This document shows, piece after piece, positions 50,959-59,427 of a stretch of DNA of 64,000 nucleotides. Below the pieces are notes generated by a model that had not been told where the DNA came from, searched no databases, and saw nothing but the letters and a program-made list of their open reading frames with translations. Each line of letters opens with the position of its first letter. Position 1 is the first letter of the stretch. Position numbers and translations under genes: made by a program. Origin of the DNA: an uncultured Granulosicoccaceae bacterium (lineage in GTDB: Bacteria > Pseudomonadota > Gammaproteobacteria > AKS1); the NCBI GenBank assembly GCA_964542925.1, contig CAZIWG010000003.1, forward strand, positions 10,763-74,762, written 5' to 3'.

Positions 50959-53169
50959 ATGAAAAAGAGATTGATTTCCACTACTTGCTTTCTTCTTATC
51001 TCAAGTGTTTTGTATATGTTTCAGTTAATTCTGAATCCATACAGTAATCAAGCACAAGCATCGTCAAACCCCGAGACTCCTGTGATTGCTTCGCCCTACT
51101 ATGGCTTTACACCCTTTCCATACGATACGACCCCGTCAGCAATTCGTAATACACAAATGATTATTGAAAAAAATTCAGACTTATATGCTATTCATCTTGA
51201 CGAGTGTCTTCCATGGCGTCAGATGCTTGATAATGCCCCCTTCCCTAGATATAAGCAAAATGATTGGGATGGGATAAAATACAACATACCTAATGGGCAT
51301 AAAGTTTATGTTGCACTGGCTTTTCTTGGTACCGATCGAGAAACACTGGCACCAACCTGCGGCCAAGAAAGAGATCAATTTGAGTCTCTACCATCTCCTC
51401 TTCGCAGTACCAGTTTCAAGGACCAGCACGTTAAAAGTGCATACCTAAACTATGTTAGAAAAGCTATTAGACAATTCAACCCTGATTTTCTCAATCTCGG
51501 AATTGAGCTAGAAGGTCTTGCTCATCGTTTCCCCTCTCGCTGGAGAGAGTTCGAGGATCTGTTTTTTTATATTCGAGATACCATAAAAAAAGAAAACCCA
51601 AATATAAAAATCGGAATATCACTTGGCTTACAACCACTTCTTGATCCTGCTGTTGCAGCCCGAGTCAAATCCGTTGTTGAAGGTAGCGACTATTTCGGGT
51701 TGAGCTTTTATCCTTACGCATCGTCATTTCATGAAAAGCTAGGTGCACCTGCACTAAACCAGGGAACTGCAAGCTGGATCAAGCCGCTAGAGTGGGCACG
51801 CAACTTCACAAACAAACCCATTGCAATATGTGAAACTGGCTATACAACCAAAGACATCCACATACGAAAATATGATCTGCATATGAAAGGTAGCACACAA
51901 GAGCAAGCCGACTATGTGCGAGACTTATTGACCATATCAAAAAGAGATAATTATATGTTCGTCGTATGGTTTTTAGCTATAGATTACGACAAGCTCTACC
52001 AGAAAATGCCTCAAAATGATGAAACAGAAATTAATCTTTTATGGCGTAACATTGGCCTTCTAGACGGTAATACCCAGCCAAAACCTGCGTGGAATATATG
52101 GAAGCAATACAAAACTCTGGGTAAATCTGAAGCTAAAACAACTTCAAGCCAACGCAGACAAACAGCTGCCCCCCAAGCTGCTCCAGTAATTACTCAAGAA
52201 TCTCGCCATGTAGTGGAATCCAGTGGCATAAAAATCGGTTTCTCGCAGAATAATGAGTTACCTGCCTGTGCGTCAGGAACAAATGTAAATATTTCTACAT
52301 CTGACACACCCAGCAAAAATATGTCATCAATGCAATGGAAATATCAGAGCACTGGAGATTGGCAATGGTGTGTAAAACAGATAAATACAGGACGCGTAAC
52401 TGGCACTGATAAATTGAAATTCTGGGTGCGTGCAAATACTGCTCGACAATTTTTCATCACACTTAAAGAAGATAACGGCGAAGCATTCACTAAAAACTTT
52501 AGTGTATCAACAAACTGGTCACTAAAAACACTCGATCTAAAAAAACTCACAGCAGATCGGGGAGAAGTACAAGATAACAAATTAGATACCAGTAAAATTA
52601 CATCCATGATTATTTCCGACCCAACCTCAAGCGATGACGAACTGACCCTGTTAATTTCAGACATGACGTTTACAAAATCGAATAATAATACAGTGTCACT
52701 GCATAACCGTTCTATTCAACTTGAGTTTAATTCTGACAAAGATTTATTTAATTGTGGTTCGGGAAGCAGCCCAAAGATTGTCGCAAGCCTGCCAGGCACT
52801 GATGGAAAATCGATGCAGTGGGAGATTCATTACAATGGTAAGTGGCAGTGGTGTCTAAAACAATTAGACAGAGGAAAGCTTGCCGGGACGCATAAAATTG
52901 GATTCAAAATCCGTAGTAACCGCGATGGCCCTATTTTTGTCAATCTCACAGAAGATAGCGGCGAGGCATTCTATGCCATAATAGATACAAATACTGTATG
53001 GAAAGATGTAGAACTAAAGCTTGATTCATTGACTCTAGATAATGGAAAAAAGAGAAACAATAAAATTGAACCCGATGATCTAATAGAAATTATGTTTGCA
53101 GACCCCGAAGGGCCCAATAACAATAGTGGAGAACGAAAAGTCTGGATATCAGATCTAAGGTTCATGTGA
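50959..53169 (+). CDS. Secreted glycoside-hydrolase-like (clan GH-A TIM barrel) protein with two tandem C-terminal binding-module-like domains
   Basis: Signal peptide. Candidate acid/base NLGIELEG and nucleophile IAICETGY about 110 aa apart, the spacing and order expected for a (beta/alpha)8 GH-A enzyme. Two homologous C-terminal domains are offset by 161 aa (MQWKYQSTGDWQWCVKQINTGRVTGTDKLKFWVR... / MQWEIHYNGKWQWCLKQLDRGKLAGTHKIGFKIR...). Confidence 0.7.
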   Translation: MKKRLISTTCFLLISSVLYMFQLILNPYSNQAQASSNPETPVIASPYYGFTPFPYDTTPSAIRNTQMIIEKNSDLYAIHLDECLPWRQMLDNAPFPRYKQNDWDGIKYNIPNGHKVYVALAFLGTDRETLAPTCGQERDQFESLPSPLRSTSFKDQHVKSAYLNYVRKAIRQFNPDFLNLGIELEGLAHRFPSRWREFEDLFFYIRDTIKKENPNIKIGISLGLQPLLDPAVAARVKSVVEGSDYFGLSFYPYASSFHEKLGAPALNQGTASWIKPLEWARNFTNKPIAICETGYTTKDIHIRKYDLHMKGSTQEQADYVRDLLTISKRDNYMFVVWFLAIDYDKLYQKMPQNDETEINLLWRNIGLLDGNTQPKPAWNIWKQYKTLGKSEAKTTSSQRRQTAAPQAAPVITQESRHVVESSGIKIGFSQNNELPACASGTNVNISTSDTPSKNMSSMQWKYQSTGDWQWCVKQINTGRVTGTDKLKFWVRANTARQFFITLKEDNGEAFTKNFSVSTNWSLKTLDLKKLTADRGEVQDNKLDTSKITSMIISDPTSSDDELTLLISDMTFTKSNNNTVSLHNRSIQLEFNSDKDLFNCGSGSSPKIVASLPGTDGKSMQWEIHYNGKWQWCLKQLDRGKLAGTHKIGFKIRSNRDGPIFVNLTEDSGEAFYAIIDTNTVWKDVELKLDSLTLDNGKKRNNKIEPDDLIEIMFADPEGPNNNSGERKVWISDLRFM

Positions 53170-53174
53170 TTCAC

Positions 53175-53828
53175 TCAGTTACTATTACATGACTGCATAA
53201 CATATGTGTCATATACATGAGAGCGACCAGACAAACTCTCAAACACAACATGCTTATCGAATGCTAATGGTGACGTGTGTTTAAAACAATCCTGCATATC
53301 TGCGTACGCTACAGGTTCACTAATAACTTCTAGTGGCCAACCGATAATAAGCAAACCATTTTCAATTAAAATTCTATAAACTGACTGTATTGTATTGGTA
53401 ACAGTTTCTTTTTCGTTGATACCATAACCAAAGACACCATTTGCAATGACAACATCGAAAGAATTAACCGGAAAGTGCTTTTCAAGTTCTTGCGCATCAC
53501 AGACAACATGATGTCCCGGTTCACCCCATTTAGCTATTTCCGGGTTAATGTCCATCGTCCAATATTCTGTACCTGTACCAGCAAAAACATCACTATAGTG
53601 AGTAGTAAATGAATCAACACCGATGAAAAGGATCTTTTTAACCCCTGCTTCCTTCAATGCTGGAAGAATTTCATTCATCATATACACTCTGTCCGGTAAT
53701 TTTGATACCATACGTTTAAAAATAACGCCACGTATCAAACTTAGGATGCTTCTAGGAACAACCTTTTTAACGTAAGGAACAAAAGGTAGCAGGCGAACAA
53801 TAATTTCGAAAAATAATTTTCTTAACAT
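53175..53828 (-). CDS. Class I SAM-dependent methyltransferase
   Basis: 217 aa. KILFIGVDSFTTHY..., DVVIANGVFGYG and ENGLLIIGWP give a Rossmann MT pattern. Confidence 0.7.
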   Translation of the reverse strand: MLRKLFFEIIVRLLPFVPYVKKVVPRSILSLIRGVIFKRMVSKLPDRVYMMNEILPALKEAGVKKILFIGVDSFTTHYSDVFAGTGTEYWTMDINPEIAKWGEPGHHVVCDAQELEKHFPVNSFDVVIANGVFGYGINEKETVTNTIQSVYRILIENGLLIIGWPLEVISEPVAYADMQDCFKHTSPLAFDKHVVFESLSGRSHVYDTYVMQSCNSN

Positions 53829-53913
53829 ATAATTCCTTTTAAGCTTTATAGTTAGTTAAATTAAATACTGTACTAACACTGAGTATAACATCCTGTAATT
53901 AAGGACCATCTAT

Positions 53914-55035
53914 ATGGATATTGGAATATTCCTGGTTATGGCTGGGCGTGAAGCTGGGGGCCCTGAAACCTATGAAACATCCCTGGTTCGTCATTTGGCG
54001 ATGCTTGATGGTGAGACAAACTATCACATTTACTGTCTTGACAAAAATGCACCTGCATCGCTCAACATCCAACAAGACAATATAAATATACATACATTTG
54101 CGATTAAATCTCGCTGGATCAACATACCACTTAGCTTACCACTGGCAATGTATCGTGATGGTATAAAGCTAATGCATAATACTTTCATCCCCCCCCCTTT
54201 TTCACCAAAGGATTACGTCTTTACCATGCACAGCTCTGTACATTTTGTACACCCTGAATTCTATCCGACAATAATACGCTTACGTCTAAACTCATCAATT
54301 AAAAAAGGTATTAACAAGGCAAAAAATATCATCTGCGTATCTAACAATGTCAAGGACCTTACTGCTGAATATTATGGTGTATCCCTCGATAGACTATCAG
54401 TAATTTACCATGGTGTTGATCCTATATACAAGCCATTAAACTCTGATAAAACATCTTTACATTTGAGTGAATACTACAAAATAAATGATCCATATATATT
54501 AGTCGTTGGAAAAATACAAAAAAATAAAAATATCATTCGTATCCTTGAAGCTTTCTATAAATTAAAAAAAGATTCAAATATTCATCCTCAACTTAAACTG
54601 GTACTGGCGGGGAAACGCACATGGACCTCAGAAGGTATCGATGAAACCATCTTAAAATATAAACTACAGAATGATATTATCGAATTAGGACATATACCAC
54701 AGAATGAGCTTCCTATACTGTATAACGGTGCTCAACTTCTTGCCTTCCCAACCTTATGGGAAGGTTTTGGACTACCTGCCCTAGAAAGCATGGCATGTGG
54801 AACACCTGTTGTTACATCAAATAATTCCTGTATGCCTGAAATAGCCAGTGGTGCAGCAATACTAACTGATCCATATAACACTGACAGTCTCGCTTCCGGG
54901 ATGTATAAAGTCTTAACTGACCAAAATACCGCATTAACACTTCGAGAAGCTGGACTAAAACGTGCTGCAAATTTCACTTGGGAAAAAACTGCGCAACAAA
55001 CACTAGCAGTCTACCAAAAAGTATACAGCGGATAG
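53914..55035 (+). CDS. Glycosyltransferase family 4 (GT-B)
   Basis: C-terminal EGFGLPALESMACGTPVVTSNNSCMPEI (E-x7-E motif). Confidence 0.88.
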   Translation: MDIGIFLVMAGREAGGPETYETSLVRHLAMLDGETNYHIYCLDKNAPASLNIQQDNINIHTFAIKSRWINIPLSLPLAMYRDGIKLMHNTFIPPPFSPKDYVFTMHSSVHFVHPEFYPTIIRLRLNSSIKKGINKAKNIICVSNNVKDLTAEYYGVSLDRLSVIYHGVDPIYKPLNSDKTSLHLSEYYKINDPYILVVGKIQKNKNIIRILEAFYKLKKDSNIHPQLKLVLAGKRTWTSEGIDETILKYKLQNDIIELGHIPQNELPILYNGAQLLAFPTLWEGFGLPALESMACGTPVVTSNNSCMPEIASGAAILTDPYNTDSLASGMYKVLTDQNTALTLREAGLKRAANFTWEKTAQQTLAVYQKVYSG

Positions 55036-55039
55036 AAAC

Positions 55040-55762
55040 GTGGAAATCGTTATATTATCTCCCCACCTAGATGATGCCGCTCTAAGCTGCAGTGATCATA
55101 TTCATAGATGGAATACTGCCGGTCATAACACTACAGTTGTGAGCATATTCAGCTCTTTCAATACCCCTGTTGTATCAGATTACCTAAATCATTTTATGGA
55201 AACATCAGGGATCGCCTCTGTTCATGAACTAGAAAAACTAAGAAAACAGGAAGATATTAATGCTATGAAACTAATGGGATGTCATATGACACACCTAGAC
55301 TTTATTGATGCAGGGTATCGCCAATTTAACGGTATTACTATATATCCTGATTACAAAGAACTGTGCCCATTCACACTACCCCAAAAAGAAAATATTACGA
55401 TGACTGAAGTCTCTAATCGACTATCAGAATATAAAGAAGCAGATATCATTCTTGTACCACTAGGTATTGGCGGGCATGTGGATCACATAATAACAAGAGT
55501 TGCAGCAGAAAAAATGGGGATAGACAATAAGCTTGCATATTACATCGATTTTCCATACGCCTTAAATCCACTAAAGTGGCGTGTAAATCATATTAAAAGT
55601 CTCTTTTCGTATTCATGTTCTCTTTACTGGATAAGTATATTCAAACGTAGAATTCTTGAATGTTACCCTTCACAAATACCTTATTTGTTTAAAATGAAAC
55701 CACAATATCCTGAAATCATCCTATTCAAATATAAAAATATAAAATCGCAATTCATGATGTAG
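55040..55762 (+). CDS. PIG-L/LmbE-family N-acetylglucosaminyl deacetylase
   Basis: GTG start. VILSPHLDDAALSC (PIG-L motif) and a later GGHVDH metal-binding motif. Confidence 0.8.
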   Translation: MEIVILSPHLDDAALSCSDHIHRWNTAGHNTTVVSIFSSFNTPVVSDYLNHFMETSGIASVHELEKLRKQEDINAMKLMGCHMTHLDFIDAGYRQFNGITIYPDYKELCPFTLPQKENITMTEVSNRLSEYKEADIILVPLGIGGHVDHIITRVAAEKMGIDNKLAYYIDFPYALNPLKWRVNHIKSLFSYSCSLYWISIFKRRILECYPSQIPYLFKMKPQYPEIILFKYKNIKSQFMM

Positions 55763-56140
55763 CGACAATCTAGTACTTAATAGTAACTGCGTATTGGGTA
55801 AACCCGCATTAATGTAAGTCAACCAATTATTAAATCTCTCATTCATGATATATGCCTAATACCATTCCGGGAAAATAGGGGCGTAAAGAAAATTTGGCCG
55901 ATATACAAAAAGATTCTCTTAAACTTCTCTGAGCTGTGGCACCCCAAGTTCTCGCTGTTGTCTATGAAACCAGCTCTTTTAAAATATCCACAAATAAACC
56001 ACAAGAAAAGGTTCTACATAAATAACACGATTTTCTGGGACAAAATGGTATGCAACATACTGCGATACTGTCCATACATTATCCTAAAATTGTGCACCTA
56101 GATAATAAATCGTTTTACCTTGCAACATACTCATTTCAAG

Positions 56141-57319
56141 CTACCCATTTTTCATCATTTGGCCATACAGCGATCCAACATAACCAACTGCTGTTTCAAG
56201 TGAATAGTCATTCTCAATGAAATAACGCGCATCTCGCCCTAGTCGATTTTGCAAAGACTGATCACCAATAACATTACTAACCGCCTCAATAAATCCTTCG
56301 TCATCATCGGGTGGCACTAATATACCTGTCTTATTATTATGAATTACTTCAGATAAGCCGCCAACATCAGAGACAACAATAGGTATACCCGATGCCATAC
56401 CTTCACATATTGCCAGTGGGACGCCTTCCAAATAAGATGGATGAACCTGAATATCAACTTGGGCTACCAATTTTGGCAAATCAGGCACAAAACCTAGAAA
56501 ATCAACTTTTTCATTAAGTCCTAATTCAGCACATAGTGATTTAAGTTTATCCTCAAGTGGGCCAACACCTGCAATCCATAACCGTGTATTTGGGTAACGC
56601 TCATTAATTATTTTAAAAGCCTGTAATAAAAAATCCTGACGTTTTACCGGGTAAAAACGTGCAATATTACACAACACGATCTCATCATCAGACACACCCC
56701 TCTCCGCACGTAATTGTGTACGCTCAATAGTCGTTAATTCAACTCGGTGTGTTTCAAATCCACATATAAGAAGAGGTGTTTTCGCCTCATCTATCCCACG
56801 CTCAATACTACCGATACGTGTTCTTTCACAATGAGCAGAAACAACATCAAATAATCGAAACAAATATTTCTGAATCACCTGAAATACAGCAACAGGCCAA
56901 CCTTTTTCTCCCCACACATACATTGTTGTAAGAAGCTTTACACCTGCTATACGTGCAGCAAATAAACCAACAAATTCAGCATAAAAATTATGCGTATGAA
57001 GAATGTCAATATTATGCCTGCGTATTAATTTAATTAATGCTCGCGTTGAACTTATCACGGGTTTATGACGCCCCCATGGTATCTTGCTTATGCTAATACC
57101 ATTCCTTTTTGCAGCCTCAACAAATGGCTCTTCAGAATTTCCCGGATTTGCGAAACATACTAAGTGAATTTTATAGCGCGAATTGTCAATTTTTTTTAAC
57201 CAATTAATCAAAGCTGTTTCTATCCCACCATATGCCATGGTATGAATAAGATGCATAACCCTAATTGGTTTTTCTGAAACAGGTGTAACTATTTTGTCCT
57301 CGGCAATATTATTATTCAT
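56141..57319 (-). CDS. Glycosyltransferase family 4 (GT-B)
   Basis: IRVMHLIHTMAYGGIE... N-terminal domain. EGVPLAICEGMASGIPIVVSDVGGLSEVI (E-x7-E). Confidence 0.9.
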   Translation of the reverse strand: MNNNIAEDKIVTPVSEKPIRVMHLIHTMAYGGIETALINWLKKIDNSRYKIHLVCFANPGNSEEPFVEAAKRNGISISKIPWGRHKPVISSTRALIKLIRRHNIDILHTHNFYAEFVGLFAARIAGVKLLTTMYVWGEKGWPVAVFQVIQKYLFRLFDVVSAHCERTRIGSIERGIDEAKTPLLICGFETHRVELTTIERTQLRAERGVSDDEIVLCNIARFYPVKRQDFLLQAFKIINERYPNTRLWIAGVGPLEDKLKSLCAELGLNEKVDFLGFVPDLPKLVAQVDIQVHPSYLEGVPLAICEGMASGIPIVVSDVGGLSEVIHNNKTGILVPPDDDEGFIEAVSNVIGDQSLQNRLGRDARYFIENDYSLETAVGYVGSLYGQMMKNG

Positions 57320-57341
57320 TATTAGTCACAATTACTGACAC

Positions 57342-58229
57342 CTAAAACTGTTGCCTCGAGCCACTCAATCTGGAACCCAAGTTGCCGAATTTCGTATATA
57401 ACGTTTGAAGACTAAATTTCGGTTTATCAGGCTCGTATTCATGCTTACTCAGGATGACACCCATAATTTTACTGTTAACACTACCAAGTATTCTTTTCAT
57501 TTCCCCAACTTCTTGCTTACTTCTGACTCCATTAGAAACGACAATAATAGTGCTATCAGCATGACTGGCAATCACGGGAGCATCGGGTGCTTCCAGAATC
57601 GGCGGCGCATCAACCAATATATAACGGTACCGGGAACGCAATTCATTAAATGTATTGCCACATTTATCAGATAGTAAAAGAGACAAGAAATTTACGACAA
57701 CATCACCGGATGTCAGTAATGATAGATATGGTATTTCAGTTGTTGAAATTGCTTCACCAAGTGTACATTTATCTGATAATACGTCAGATAATCCTGGCAC
57801 CTGTTCAACACTGAAATATTTATGTAGAGATGGTGCGCGCAGATTTGCATCGACAATAAGAACTTTATCCTGACTCATCAACGATAGTGATACTGCAATT
57901 TGCCTAACAATAGTACTGTTTCCTTCAAACCTACGGCCACTTACAAAAGCCATCACTTTCTCTTCTTCAGTAAGGCTAGCCTTAAATCTTGCTGCCAACC
58001 GTATAGCATCATCAGAAATAGGTAAGTGGTTATCTTTGTATTGAGTAAGAATACTGAGTAACTGTTCTGCAGTAAGTATACCCATTTCCTCCATAACTAA
58101 ACCAATGAGAGCATTCTTCTCACCACGTGACATCCTTGACTGCTGTTCATTTAACGCAATCTGAATCTGATCAGATGTTGCATAGCCTAATCTTACTGCT
58201 ACTACACCAAGCGGTTCGGTAGATTTCAT
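57342..58229 (-). CDS. BY-kinase-like (CpsD/CapB-type) P-loop protein with substituted catalytic residues and N-terminal GspE-N/MshEN-like domain
   Basis: Residues ~92-275 align by eye with CapB/CpsD. The Walker A is VSGRRFEGNST, with Asn104 (AAC, 57918-57920) where the invariant Lys is expected. The Walker A' is LIVDAN, with Asn129 where Asp is expected. Walker B ILVDAPP is kept. There is no C-terminal Tyr cluster. N-terminal residues 6-63 resemble tandem T2SSE_N motifs (PLGVVAVRLGYATSDQIQIALNEQ / LIGLVMEEMGILTAEQLLSILTQ). Confidence 0.75.
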   Translation of the reverse strand: MKSTEPLGVVAVRLGYATSDQIQIALNEQQSRMSRGEKNALIGLVMEEMGILTAEQLLSILTQYKDNHLPISDDAIRLAARFKASLTEEEKVMAFVSGRRFEGNSTIVRQIAVSLSLMSQDKVLIVDANLRAPSLHKYFSVEQVPGLSDVLSDKCTLGEAISTTEIPYLSLLTSGDVVVNFLSLLLSDKCGNTFNELRSRYRYILVDAPPILEAPDAPVIASHADSTIIVVSNGVRSKQEVGEMKRILGSVNSKIMGVILSKHEYEPDKPKFSLQTLYTKFGNLGSRLSGSRQQF

Positions 58230-58286
58230 ATTAAATCCTATTGTAAATACTTAAAGTTTCTGCGTAATGTTTCTGTTTACCAAACA

Positions 58287-59408
58287 TTACTTCTTATTAA
58301 CAATAACAGGAAATTCTTTATAACTATTTTTACTTGGATGCTGCAGGAAAATATCACATCCATCACATACTGATCTGACATGATCTTCCAATACCTTACT
58401 GGAAAAAAGTGAACGTGCTGATTGATAGACTGGACTATTCCATAACTGACGCACATTGATCTCAGAACTATTAAGATTTACAAAGTCGTTTTTCTCTCGA
58501 TATACTTCACAACATGGTGATACTCCACCATCAGCATTCACAACCATAGAACGGTATAAATAGAAACATGGACTTGGCCGCGAGTCCTGCCCATATTTCT
58601 GTTCTTCATGTGTACTTTCCACCTTACCTTTAACCTTTTCTGGAAACCATTTATCAGCTAATTCTTTTCTATTTTTAAAATCATAGGGCATACCAACAGG
58701 TATGAATCGCATCACATCAACACCCATTTTATCTGCAATCTTCTGAGCATCTGAAACCTGATGCTCATTCTGTTTCATAACAATAAATTGCCACTCAACA
58801 ACGGGGATCTTTTGACCTCTGAGATTTCGGCGGCGAATAATCTCAGACATATTATGCATAACACGTTCATATGAGCCACGTACACGATATTGCCCATAAG
58901 CTTCCTGACTAGTACCGTCTAACGAAACAACAAGATACTCAAGCCCGCAATCCAATAGATTATCAATACCTTCTGAATTAAGTGTAGCCAGATTTGAGCT
59001 CAGGTTAGTGCCTACATTCTTATTTGATGCATATTCAATCATTTTATAAGAGTCCTTATTTAATAATGACTCCCCCCAATTATGCATATACGCTTCAAAT
59101 AGGTAAGGTGATAACGGATCAAAATATTTCTTAAATGATTCAAACGACATCATACTTTGCTCTCGACCAAGGTCTTTTACACCGGTTGGGCATAACGGGC
59201 AACGGAGATTACAATAATTACAAGGATCGATAATCAGGATATATGGAAAACTTTTCAACTCTATACATCGACGTTTACGCTCTAACTCTGCACGTACAAG
59301 ATTACTCCATTTGGATATAGAACCATGTTGAATTACAGAACGAAGATGGCGACTATTTCGAGTATATTGAGGTATCTTTTTTAAAAATCGTTCTACTACA
59401 GACATCAT
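58287..59408 (-). CDS. Radical SAM enzyme with C-terminal Cys-rich SPASM/twitch-like region
   Basis: CNLRCPLC (CxxxCxxC) within DPCNYCNLRCPLCPTG. The C-terminal cysteines are ...SPCFYLY...VSPCCEVY...VCDGCDIF. 373 aa. Confidence 0.8.
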   Translation of the reverse strand: MMSVVERFLKKIPQYTRNSRHLRSVIQHGSISKWSNLVRAELERKRRCIELKSFPYILIIDPCNYCNLRCPLCPTGVKDLGREQSMMSFESFKKYFDPLSPYLFEAYMHNWGESLLNKDSYKMIEYASNKNVGTNLSSNLATLNSEGIDNLLDCGLEYLVVSLDGTSQEAYGQYRVRGSYERVMHNMSEIIRRRNLRGQKIPVVEWQFIVMKQNEHQVSDAQKIADKMGVDVMRFIPVGMPYDFKNRKELADKWFPEKVKGKVESTHEEQKYGQDSRPSPCFYLYRSMVVNADGGVSPCCEVYREKNDFVNLNSSEINVRQLWNSPVYQSARSLFSSKVLEDHVRSVCDGCDIFLQHPSKNSYKEFPVIVNKK

Positions 59409-59427
59409 CTTACCTTTATGCTTATTT

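Noticed and set aside
53899-54093. 64-aa minus-strand ORF overlapping the 5' end of the GT4 gene.
   Set aside because: It overlaps a well-supported glycosyltransferase start region, has no RBS and no family resemblance. It sits in the divergent promoter region.
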